Source: an uncultured Acidobacteriota bacterium (GTDB lineage: Bacteria; Acidobacteriota; Thermoanaerobaculia; Gp7-AA8). From it: a DNA stretch of 64,000 bases. The stretch spans positions 1,152,001-1,216,000 of the forward strand of contig CAWGHO010000002.1 of the NCBI GenBank assembly GCA_963822445.1, in the 5' to 3' direction. Positions 9,089-18,843 of this stretch are shown here, piece by piece; within the stretch, counting starts at the first letter, position 1; each line of letters opens with the position of its first letter. Under the pieces are notes generated by a model. That model did no database searches. It was not told the DNA's origin and worked only from the letters and a program-made list of their open reading frames with translations. The translations under genes and the position numbers were made by a program.

Positions 9089-9118
9089 GACTCTGAGACT
9101 TTGAGACTCTGAGACTTT
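9026..9118. repeat. Inverted 8-nt tandem repeat element (AGTC(G/T)CA(A/G)-type)
   Basis: GAGTCGCAAAGTCGCAGAGTCTCAAAGTCGCAGAG ... CTCTGAGACTCTGAGACTTTGAGACTCTGAGACTTT; overlaps the nfo 3' end. Confidence 0.85.
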
Positions 9119-9137
9119 CGTCTAAAGTCCCGGCGCC

Positions 9138-10370
<1,233 letters not shown>

Positions 10371-10373
<3 letters not shown>

Positions 10374-10400
10374 GAGTGCGGCGGCAAAGCCGCCGCTTTG
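10371..10400 (+). repeat. REP palindrome, left flank of RAYT
   Basis: TAGGAGTGCGGCGGCAAAGCCGCCGCTTTG; internal hairpin; inverted copy at 10990-11019. Confidence 0.9.
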
Positions 10401-10464
10401 GTAGGGGCTCTACTCGCCGTAGAGAAACGCTCGGTCTCCCAGTTCCCGAGGGATCCTCGGATTC

Positions 10465-10989
10465 ATGGAAGACTGGCCACACGCCCCAATCCACCGCTTC
10501 GGCGACGAAACGACTTTCTTCATCACCGGCGCGACGTATCAGAAGCAGCACTTCTATCGCGACGCCACTGCCCTGGACGAACTGCAGGCGATCCTTTTCG
10601 CGAAAGCGCAGGCGCACGGATGCTGGCTCCAAGCTTGGGCGCTGCTTTCGAACCACTACCACCTGGTGGTTCGGTCGCAAGGCGGCGACAACATCCGCAG
10701 AATGCTCAATCGCGTTCATGCCGAAGCCGCGATTGCGCTGAATCGGCGCGACCAAACAGCCGGGCGTCAGGTCTGGTTTCAGTACTGGGATAAGACGCTG
10801 ACGTTCGAAGCCTCGTGGCTCACGAGACTTCGCTACACCCATGAAAACGCGGTTCATCACGGGCTCGTACGAGATGCGCGGAAGTACCGATGGTGTTCGG
10901 CGGGCTGGTTCGAGAGGACGGCGCCACGGACGTTTGTGGCGACCGTTGCGCATATGAAGATCGATCGCCTGAATGTCTACGAGCCTTAG
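10465..10989 (+). mobile_element. REP-associated tyrosine transposase (RAYT, IS200/Y1 HUH family)
   Basis: TFFITGATY, HUH motif SNHYHL, catalytic-Tyr region YTHENAVHHGL, YRWCS; flanked by inverted REPs. Confidence 0.9.
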
Positions 10990-11019
10990 CAAAGCGGTGG
11001 CTATGCCACCGCACTCCTA
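10990..11019 (-). repeat. REP palindrome, right flank of RAYT
   Basis: Reverse complement TAGGAGTGCGGTGGCATAGCCACCGCTTTG differs from the left copy at 3 of 30 positions, two of them a compensatory pair. Confidence 0.9.
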
Positions 11020-11897
11020 AACTCCAGAAACCAGGGTTCGCGGCGGCCGAATTTGGTGGCGAGGGCTACACCTACGCCGAACACCGAGGCCAGGCCCCAC
11101 ACCAGCGTGCCGATCACGGGGATCAGGCGGATTCCGCCGAGGATCAGCACCCCAACCACCACCATCGCCAAATCCCCGCGGAACCATTTGCGTTTCGCGA
11201 GTTGATCGCGACTCCGCGAGCCGGCGATGAGGGTGCCGATGGCGTGGAACATCGCGATCATGCCGTAGACCTTGGTGAGGATGGCGAAGACGCCGAGCGC
11301 GGCGAGGAGCGGTATGCCGATCACGTACGGCACGAGGTACGAGAAGGCGATCGCGGTGAGCACGAACGAAGTGAGGGCGACCAGGCCGAGCACGAAGCAA
11401 TGCAGCGCGCTGGTGCGAACCTCCACCGACGACAGGCGGATCTCGCGGCCGCTCATCAGCGTCACCACGATCGCGGCGAAGAGCCACACCAGCAGCAGCG
11501 AGGCGACGATCGCGTTCTTCGTCAGCGACGCGGCCGCACCTTCGAGCGACGCCAGCGGATAGACGCGGCCGCCGACGCGATTCTCGGCACCGCGCACCGT
11601 GCTCGCGGCATGAATGAGGTTTCCGTTCACCCGTCCGCGGCCGGTGAAGGCGACCGTTCCGCCGAGAACGAGCAGGTCGCCGGTGATGACTTCACGAACC
11701 TGGACCGAGCCGCCGTAAACCTGCACGGTTCCCGCGATCGGCGCGTTGACCTCGCCGTCCTGATTGAAAAAGTACGAGTCCCTGCCCGTCGAGATGCCGT
11801 CCCGCTCCGCGCCCGTCGCGCCGGTGGGCGACAAAACACCGAGCAGCGCGAGAAGCGCGCTGATCGTGATCAACGGAACGACAAGCCGCCTATACAT
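11001..11897 (-). CDS. Membrane protein with bactofilin-like beta-helix N-terminal domain
   Basis: Start MYRRLVVP overlaps the upstream stop; signal peptide, G-x-V repeats (GTVQVYGGSVQV, GDLLVLGGTV), then multiple TM helices. Confidence 0.78.
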   Translation of the reverse strand: MYRRLVVPLITISALLALLGVLSPTGATGAERDGISTGRDSYFFNQDGEVNAPIAGTVQVYGGSVQVREVITGDLLVLGGTVAFTGRGRVNGNLIHAASTVRGAENRVGGRVYPLASLEGAAASLTKNAIVASLLLVWLFAAIVVTLMSGREIRLSSVEVRTSALHCFVLGLVALTSFVLTAIAFSYLVPYVIGIPLLAALGVFAILTKVYGMIAMFHAIGTLIAGSRSRDQLAKRKWFRGDLAMVVVGVLILGGIRLIPVIGTLVWGLASVFGVGVALATKFGRREPWFLEFRSAVA

Positions 11898-12336
11898 CGA
11901 TTCCCTTCGGCGCGCGGCGCAGCAGGAGGAACAGGATCGTATTGATCGCCACGAACGACACCGCGATCGCGACGTGCCACGCCATCGGCGCCTTGTGCAG
12001 CGCACCGCCGGCGAGATGCGAGAGGTTGACCATCAGATCGAGCGACGGAACCGCCGAGGTCACCGCGCGCGCGATGCCGCTCAGCGGCGAGATGCCCGCG
12101 GCCAGGAACAACACCACGGCGAGAATCATCATCGCCGCCACACCAGCCGCCACGAGCGGCCACGTGCGATGCGACGCACCTTCCCACGCCGCCATCGGCA
12201 GCGCGTCGAGCGCAATCGGACGCGCCTGCACGACGATCTCCTCGTCAAGCTCCTCGGTGATGGCGCGGCACGCCGCACACGACTCGGCGTGCGCCGCATT
12301 GGCCTCGGGATCCTGCAGGTATTCCTCACAAGTCAT
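11890..12336 (-). CDS. Zinc-finger anti-sigma factor
   Basis: MTC...HAESCAACR (HxxxCxxC) followed by TM helices; coupled to the ECF sigma gene. Confidence 0.8.
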   Translation of the reverse strand: MTCEEYLQDPEANAAHAESCAACRAITEELDEEIVVQARPIALDALPMAAWEGASHRTWPLVAAGVAAMMILAVVLFLAAGISPLSGIARAVTSAVPSLDLMVNLSHLAGGALHKAPMAWHVAIAVSFVAINTILFLLLRRAPKGIDV

Positions 12337-12920
12337 AACGGTTCCACGAATGATCCGAGCGCCTCCTTCAGTAGATTACGCGCTCGGAACAGCTTGTTCT
12401 TGACGGTGCCGAGGGGCAGCTTCTTCATCGAAGCGATCTCCTCGTAGGACAGCTCGGCGAAATGCCGGAGCTGGATCAGCTCACGATAATCCGGCGGCAG
12501 TTTCGCCACCGCGGTATCGATCGCGGAACTGAGTTGCTTGTTCTTCAGGGCCCGGTACGGCGAAACGCCGCCGTCCGCGAACTCACGCTCTTTGCCCGAC
12601 GGCTCGTCTTCGGTCGGCCTGGCCAGAGGAACTTCGGAGATCGACTTCTTCCGCAGCGCGTCGATGGCGCTGTTCTGGGCGATCCGGAAGAGCCAGGTCG
12701 AGAACTGGTACTTCGGATCGTAGCGGTCTAGGGCCAGGTACACCTTGACGAAGATCTCCTGCGTCAGATCGTGAGCCTCTTCGTAGCGATGGGTGATCCG
12801 GTAGACGTAATTGATGAGCCGCTTTTCGTAACGGGACATCAGTACGCCGAAAAGATCCCGGTCGCCGCCGAGGACCCGCGTCACTAAGGCGCGGTCATCG
12901 AGCTGCTCACGCTCTGCCAT
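12333..12920 (-). CDS. ECF RNA polymerase sigma-70 factor (SigW/RpoE-like)
   Basis: DLTQEIFVK, FSTWLFRIAQN, LSYEEIA...GTVKNKLFRAR; start MAEREQLDD. Confidence 0.93.
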   Translation of the reverse strand: MAEREQLDDRALVTRVLGGDRDLFGVLMSRYEKRLINYVYRITHRYEEAHDLTQEIFVKVYLALDRYDPKYQFSTWLFRIAQNSAIDALRKKSISEVPLARPTEDEPSGKEREFADGGVSPYRALKNKQLSSAIDTAVAKLPPDYRELIQLRHFAELSYEEIASMKKLPLGTVKNKLFRARNLLKEALGSFVEPL

Positions 12921-12980
12921 CGGTTCTACGGTTCCGGCCGCGGAAGGTTGCCAATCGGGGGCGATGATAACCTGCGTGGA

Positions 12981-13700
12981 GTGATCGAAATCCGTGATCT
13001 GACAAAGAAATACGGCGCGTTCACCGCCGTCGACGGGATCAGCTTCCGCGCTGTCCCCGGTCAGATTTTCGGCTTCCTCGGCCCTAACGGCGCCGGGAAA
13101 ACGACCACCATCCGGATCGTGGCCGGCCTTTCCCTGCCGACGTCCGGAACCGTGCTCGTCAACGGGATTGACGTCGCCGCGGAGCCCGTTCGCGCGAAAG
13201 CGGTCATGGGTTACGTGCCGGACCGGCCGTATTTGTACGAAAAGCTGACCGGCCGCGAGCTGCTCCATTTCGTCGCCGATCTCTATCGGAAAGAGTGGCG
13301 GACGTGCGAGCCCGGCGCGGTCGAGCTTCTCCGCTACTTCGGCCTCGGCGACTGGATCGACGCGCGGATCGAGAACCTCTCCCACGGCATGAAGCAGAAG
13401 CTCGTGCTCGTCTCGGCGCTGGTTCACGACCCGGCGGTGCTGGTGATCGACGAGCCGATGGTCGGCCTCGACGCGCTCGCGCAACGACAGGTCAAAGTGC
13501 TCTTCCGCCGGCTGGCCGGCGAGGGCAAGACCGTGCTGCTGACGACGCACACGCTTTCGGTCGCGGAAGCTGTGTGCGATCAGATCGCGATCATCAACCG
13601 CGGGCGGATCGTCGCCACGGGCACGACCGCCGAGCTGAAGAAGGACACCGCCCTCGAAGACGCTTTCCTGGAGCTGACGTACGACACGAATCCGGCTTGA
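12981..13700 (+). CDS. ABC transporter ATP-binding protein
   Basis: GPNGAGKTT, LSHGMKQK, VIDEP, TTH; GTG start. Confidence 0.92.
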   Translation: MIEIRDLTKKYGAFTAVDGISFRAVPGQIFGFLGPNGAGKTTTIRIVAGLSLPTSGTVLVNGIDVAAEPVRAKAVMGYVPDRPYLYEKLTGRELLHFVADLYRKEWRTCEPGAVELLRYFGLGDWIDARIENLSHGMKQKLVLVSALVHDPAVLVIDEPMVGLDALAQRQVKVLFRRLAGEGKTVLLTTHTLSVAEAVCDQIAIINRGRIVATGTTAELKKDTALEDAFLELTYDTNPA

Positions 13701-13743
13701 CGACCTTCGCGCGCATCACCGCGAGGACGCGCTGCAGCGCGGT

Positions 13744-14496
13744 GTGAATCCGCGCGACGTCGACCTGCTCCTCACCGACCTCCTCGGCAAGTCGATGACC
13801 TTCCTCCTGGCGAACGGCGAGATGCTCGTCGATCCGTTGCCACTCGAGCCGTTGCTGCAGCGGCGCTACTCGGGCGAGCCGCTGCAGTACATCCGCGGGA
13901 AGACCGAGTTCTACTCGCGCGAATACCTCGTCGACGATCGCGTGCTCATTCCGCGGCCGGAGACGGAGCTGCTCGTCGAAACGGCGCTCGAGCGCGCCCA
14001 AAAAGGTGCGCGAGTCCTGGACATCGGAACGGGAAGCGGTTGCGTGGCCATCTCCATCGAGCGCGAGCGCGGCGATCTGCGCGTGACGTCCGTCGATCGA
14101 TCCGTTGACGCGTTGGCGGTCGCGAAGAAGAACAGGGACCGCCTCGCATCGAACGTGAGCCTCGCGGCCTCGGATCTCCTGTCGTCCCTGCGCAACTCGT
14201 TCGACGTGATCGTCTCGAATCCGCCATACGTGCCGCTCGCGGAGTACGAGGAGCTCGTCGACGAGGTGCGGGTTCACGAGCCGCGCATGGCACTGACGCC
14301 GGGCAAAAAGGGGACGGAGATCATTCAGCGGATTCTGAAAGAGGCCCGCGCGAAGCTGGTGATTCTCGAGGTCGGATACGGACAGGAAGCGGCGATCCGC
14401 AAGCTCGCCGCGGCGACGAAATGGAACGTCGACGACTTCCTCCCCGACCTCGCGGGCATTCCGCGCGTTGTCGTACTATCGCCGCATGCCCGCTAA
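13744..14496 (+). CDS. prmC: Release-factor glutamine N5-methyltransferase
   Basis: GEPLQYI, VLIPRPETE, LDIGTGSG, SNPPY. True start may be TTG 13697 with an indel. Confidence 0.92.
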   Translation: MNPRDVDLLLTDLLGKSMTFLLANGEMLVDPLPLEPLLQRRYSGEPLQYIRGKTEFYSREYLVDDRVLIPRPETELLVETALERAQKGARVLDIGTGSGCVAISIERERGDLRVTSVDRSVDALAVAKKNRDRLASNVSLAASDLLSSLRNSFDVIVSNPPYVPLAEYEELVDEVRVHEPRMALTPGKKGTEIIQRILKEARAKLVILEVGYGQEAAIRKLAAATKWNVDDFLPDLAGIPRVVVLSPHAR

Positions 14497-14839
14497 CGAC
14501 AAATGCCTCTTCTGCCGCATCGCTTCCGGCGAGATTCCGGCGAAGAAAGTGCACGAAGACGCGGACGTCGTCGCCTTCCACGACATCAATCCGCAGGCGC
14601 CGACGCATGTGCTGGTCATTCCCCGCAAACACATCGCCATGCTCAATGACCTGAGTGACGCCGATGCCGCGACGATCGGCACGACGATCGTGCGCGCGTC
14701 AGAGATCGCCCGCGACTTGCGCCTGCACGATGACGGGTACCGGCTCGTGGTGAACAACGGGGAGGGGGCCGGGCAGACGGTGTTTCACATTCACGTGCAC
14801 ATCCTCGGGGGACGTGCATTCGGTTGGCCGCCCGGCTAA
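14486..14839 (+). CDS. Histidine triad nucleotide-binding protein (HinT-like)
   Basis: CLFCRI, DINPQAPTH, GQTVFHIHVH. Confidence 0.93.
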   Translation: MPANDKCLFCRIASGEIPAKKVHEDADVVAFHDINPQAPTHVLVIPRKHIAMLNDLSDADAATIGTTIVRASEIARDLRLHDDGYRLVVNNGEGAGQTVFHIHVHILGGRAFGWPPG

Positions 14840-16716
14840 GCCGGGGGCGGGACGCGGAATCGCGTCCCCTGGAACGTCATCCTGCCGCTCTTCCGCCGCG
14901 CACCCTTCCGCTGCGCGACGAAGTCTTCCTTCGCTTCGCGCAACGTGCTGGGCACATACGTCGCGCCGGCATTTAGGGTCTTGCTGCGATCGCGCGAGAA
15001 CGCTGAGCCGCCGGCGACGATCGCGAGATCGGGGAAATTTGCGGACAGCAACTGCAGCAGGGCGATGCCCTGGTCGAGATGGTCGGAGTTCGCGCAGGAC
15101 ACGAAGACCGCTTCCGGCTTGACCTCGTTGATGAACGCGACCAGCTCCTGCTCGGGCAGGTCGGTGAAGTAATCGGTCGTATACCCCTCGGTCCGCAGGA
15201 GTTGCGTGAGCATCAGCGTGCCGAGAGAGAGGCGCTCGCCGGCGACGGAGACCGCGACGATGTGGCGCTCCGGATCGGGTGTGCCGGCGTTGCGGTCGCC
15301 GAAGCGGATGATCAGCTCGCGCACGACGTCCTTGATGAAGTGATCATGCGCCGGGGTGATGCGCTTCCGCTCGAGCTCTTCCGCGGCGAACGTCAGCGTG
15401 GGGATGAAGAGATCGGTGAACATCTCTTCCATCGTCGCCGACTCGGCATAACGGTCCGCGATCGCAATCGCGCCCGTTCGATCGCGCAAGAGCAGCCGGT
15501 TGTAGAAGCTGAGGTAGCCCTCGAGCGGATCCTCGCTGCCGAACATGATCGAGAAGATGCGCAGCGCCGGGATGAACTCGCCGCCGACGGTCAGGCACAC
15601 GACGATCGGAGTCGCGAGGAGCAGTCCGACCGGTCCCCACAACCAGCCCCAGAAGATGGCCGCGAAGAGCAGCGCGATCGGTGAGACGCCGACGCGATGG
15701 CCGACCACGATCGGCTCGATGAAGCCGCCGATGAGTTGATCGCTGAACACGAACAGGCCGAGGACGGCCAGGGCGGTGTACCAGTTCGGAAAGACGGCGA
15801 AGGCGAGGAAAGTCGGCGCGGCCGCGCTGAGCACCGCGCCGATGTACGGAACGAAACGGAGCAATCCCGCGAGCACGCCCCACAACGCGGCGTGCGGCAC
15901 CTGCAGCAGCCAGAGTCCGAGCCCGATCAACACGCCGAAGCCGAGATTGAGCAAGGCGATGGTCAAGAGATAGCGGCTGATGCGTTGCGAGGTCTCGCCG
16001 ATGGCCTGCGTGGTGACCGTGAGATGCGCGCGGCCGGCGAGGCGCAGCAATTTGTCGCGGAGTTGCTCGCGATCCCTGAGAAGAAAGAAGACGACCACCA
16101 CGACCAGGAATCCGGCCGCGACTGCTTCGACAGTCGGAGCTACTTCTTCATATCGATCGCCGAGGGTCTTCCGGTCGGGGATCACGCGGACTTTCAAATC
16201 TTCGCGTTCCGGACGATCCCGAGCTTCGGCCACGCGTTGCAGCGTGCGCTCGACCACTTCGAACGTCCCGCCGCCGGTGCGCCGAATGAACTGCAGCTTG
16301 CGATCGACGTTCGCGTTCGTGGCCGCGGTACTGACCGTTTTCGCGACCGCGCTGAATTGCTGATAGAGCCACCACCCGCCGAACGCGAGGGCCGTGCTGG
16401 TCAGGCCGAGGGCCAGAACGATCGCGCCTGTGCGGCGGATGAACGTCCGCTCGAGCCGCACCACGATCGGCGTGAGCATGAACGCGAAGAGGATCGCCAG
16501 AGCAATCGGAACGACGACCGGCTTCGCCAGATGCAGCACGGCCACGACGATGGCCGTGCCGAAGAGGATGCGGCCGCTGGACGCACGACGGCTCTCCGCG
16601 CGCTTATCGCCTGGCTGCTCGAGCGTCGGCTGGCGCGCGGTGATCGTCGGCCGCCGCATGGACAGCGTGCGATCGAACCGATCGGTATCTTCGTTTTCGT
16701 CGTCGTAGTTGGGCAC
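14836..16716 (-). CDS. AI-2E family transporter with C-terminal B12-binding-like domain
   Basis: FVPYIGA, FWGWLWGPVGLLLATP; C-terminal cap helices plus Rossmann-like domain (GERLSLGTLML, IVAGG). Confidence 0.85.
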   Translation of the reverse strand: MPNYDDENEDTDRFDRTLSMRRPTITARQPTLEQPGDKRAESRRASSGRILFGTAIVVAVLHLAKPVVVPIALAILFAFMLTPIVVRLERTFIRRTGAIVLALGLTSTALAFGGWWLYQQFSAVAKTVSTAATNANVDRKLQFIRRTGGGTFEVVERTLQRVAEARDRPEREDLKVRVIPDRKTLGDRYEEVAPTVEAVAAGFLVVVVVFFLLRDREQLRDKLLRLAGRAHLTVTTQAIGETSQRISRYLLTIALLNLGFGVLIGLGLWLLQVPHAALWGVLAGLLRFVPYIGAVLSAAAPTFLAFAVFPNWYTALAVLGLFVFSDQLIGGFIEPIVVGHRVGVSPIALLFAAIFWGWLWGPVGLLLATPIVVCLTVGGEFIPALRIFSIMFGSEDPLEGYLSFYNRLLLRDRTGAIAIADRYAESATMEEMFTDLFIPTLTFAAEELERKRITPAHDHFIKDVVRELIIRFGDRNAGTPDPERHIVAVSVAGERLSLGTLMLTQLLRTEGYTTDYFTDLPEQELVAFINEVKPEAVFVSCANSDHLDQGIALLQLLSANFPDLAIVAGGSAFSRDRSKTLNAGATYVPSTLREAKEDFVAQRKGARRKSGRMTFQGTRFRVPPPA

Positions 16717-16737
16717 TGAGCGCGTAGTTTAGAGGAG

Positions 16738-18840
16738 TCAATGGCGCGCGGCGCGGCGTTTCGGAGCGGCACATGTGTTGATGCGCGGGAATCCCGCGTC
16801 GAGCACGTCCGTGGCGTCGTCGCCGTTGAAGTCGCCGATCCGGGTCTCGCGGGCAGTGGAACGGAGCTTCGGCTGCAACAGCAGCCGGCCGGTACCATCA
16901 CCGAGCATCAGGGCCATCCAGCCCTCGTCCGCGGAACTGCCGCCTTCGGTGACCAACACGTCCGGAATCCCGTCGCGATTGAAGTCCCGGACGTGAAGAG
17001 CCGTGACGTTGACACCGGCGGCGTCGACGGTGAAGTCGGCCGTTTTAATGAAACCGCCGGCCCGGCCGAGGTAAACGCGAACCGTGCTGCCTACGGTTGT
17101 GATGAGGTCCAGGCGGCCGTCCCGGTTCATGTCGGCTACCTGAACCCGCTCCCACTGCTGGAACGGCGTCAGTGTGAACGCACCCTTGCCGTCATTCATC
17201 GCGAGCCAACCGTCGTTGACGGCGAGGTCGATGTCGCCGTCACCGTCCAGGTCACCAGTGGCCACGGCACCGCTGAAGACGGCCCCGTGAGGAGAGGCGA
17301 CGAAACCACCCTTCCCATCGCTGAGCGCGATCGCGGTTTCCTGAGATCCCGTAAGAATTGCATCGAGATCCCCATCGCCGTCCACATCCGCGACGGTCAG
17401 GTCGTCCTTGTTTGTACCCGTCCGATACAGCGGGCCCGCGGGCCCGAGACCGCCACGACCGTCGCCGAACCGGACCACCAGACCGCGCGTAGCCAGGTTG
17501 CGGTTGCCGTACAAAACGACGTCGAGATGGCCGTCGCCGTTCATGTCCGCGGCGTGCGCCAGTCGATAACTCTTGTTGACGTAGTACTCCGCCTCGGAGA
17601 TCGCCGTGAACTGTCCGCGCGAATCCGCAAGGCGCAAGCCGTATTCATCGATCAGATCGTCGCGGCCGTCGTCATTGAAATCGCCGACCGCGACCGCTTC
17701 GGTCGCGAAAGGGGGGCTATCGAACGCACCCTTTCCGTCGTTTTTCAGAATTGAGAAGCCGTCCTCCGTGACGGCGGCGACGTCGATGTCTCCGTCCAGA
17801 TCGACGTCGGCGACAGCGATGCTCCCCCCGAGATCGGTGTCGGGAACCCAGTGACCTGCCGCCGGCAGTTGCATGGTGCCGCGAGAGCCGAACAGCACGC
17901 TGAGCCCGAATGTGAAATCGCGCTCCGCCAGGTCGTCGATCCCATCGCCGTTGAAGTCGGCCACTGCGGACGGGGCAAAGCTTCCGGGTGGCGTCTGTAC
18001 CGTGATTCGCTCGACCTGGCTCTCGGGATTCGCCGCGCGCCGAATCACGTCCAGCCAGACATTCGGCGTGAAGAAAGCGATGTCCTTTGCACCGTCGCCA
18101 TCGATATCGCCGATCCCGATGCTGGTCGGGTACGGCTGCGTTGTGGGGATGACGCGAGGCGCGCCGAGGCCGTCCGGTTCGCCGCGAAAGATGAGCAATT
18201 GACCGGTGGTCGCGGATTCCGCGCGCCCCAGAATCAACTCGTCGCGCCCATCTCGGTCGAGATCGCCCGCCGCGTGGCCCCCGACGGTACCCGCGGCAAG
18301 CAGCGTTTCCTGTTCGAACGTGCCGTCGCCGCGACTGAGGAACAACTGCGCTCCGATAAAAAAGGCGGCAAAGTCGTCCCGGCGGTCGCCGTTGAAATCG
18401 CCGGAGACCACGTACAGGAAGTCCTCGGATCCCACATTGGCGAGAAGGCCCGTCTGGCGCAGGGTTCCGCCCTCATTCATCAGGATATGGACGTCGCGGA
18501 AGCTGGTGTAGACGAGGTCATCGTCGCCATCGCCGTCAAAGTCTCCAGCCGCGATATCGGTGACGCGGTGAGGGAGAGCGATCTCCTGCGAGGCGTTCCA
18601 GGTCTGACCGTTGCCGGGAATGACCAGGATGCTGCCTATGCGATCGTTCGGTTGCGAGCCGGCGATGATGAGGTCCGGCCAGGCATCGCGATTGAGGTTG
18701 ACGAAGGCCAGCGTCCACGGGGTTGCCTCCCCGCCGTACAACTCAGCGACGCCGGAAAAGCCGACGGTTTCGCACCCTGCGCCGGCGACAGGCGTGGCCG
18801 CGAGCAGTAATGCCCACAGCATCAGCGCCCGCCCGGACAT
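16738..18840 (-). CDS. Secreted FG-GAP/VCBS repeat protein
   Basis: Signal peptide; many GDF(D/N)GDGxxD Ca-binding repeats. Confidence 0.9.
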   Translation of the reverse strand: MSGRALMLWALLLAATPVAGAGCETVGFSGVAELYGGEATPWTLAFVNLNRDAWPDLIIAGSQPNDRIGSILVIPGNGQTWNASQEIALPHRVTDIAAGDFDGDGDDDLVYTSFRDVHILMNEGGTLRQTGLLANVGSEDFLYVVSGDFNGDRRDDFAAFFIGAQLFLSRGDGTFEQETLLAAGTVGGHAAGDLDRDGRDELILGRAESATTGQLLIFRGEPDGLGAPRVIPTTQPYPTSIGIGDIDGDGAKDIAFFTPNVWLDVIRRAANPESQVERITVQTPPGSFAPSAVADFNGDGIDDLAERDFTFGLSVLFGSRGTMQLPAAGHWVPDTDLGGSIAVADVDLDGDIDVAAVTEDGFSILKNDGKGAFDSPPFATEAVAVGDFNDDGRDDLIDEYGLRLADSRGQFTAISEAEYYVNKSYRLAHAADMNGDGHLDVVLYGNRNLATRGLVVRFGDGRGGLGPAGPLYRTGTNKDDLTVADVDGDGDLDAILTGSQETAIALSDGKGGFVASPHGAVFSGAVATGDLDGDGDIDLAVNDGWLAMNDGKGAFTLTPFQQWERVQVADMNRDGRLDLITTVGSTVRVYLGRAGGFIKTADFTVDAAGVNVTALHVRDFNRDGIPDVLVTEGGSSADEGWMALMLGDGTGRLLLQPKLRSTARETRIGDFNGDDATDVLDAGFPRINTCAAPKRRAARH

Positions 18841-18843
18841 GGC

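Noticed and set aside
12981-13700. Orphan ABC ATPase as part of a novel system
   Set aside because: An ordinary ABC-2-type ATPase whose permease is probably encoded elsewhere.
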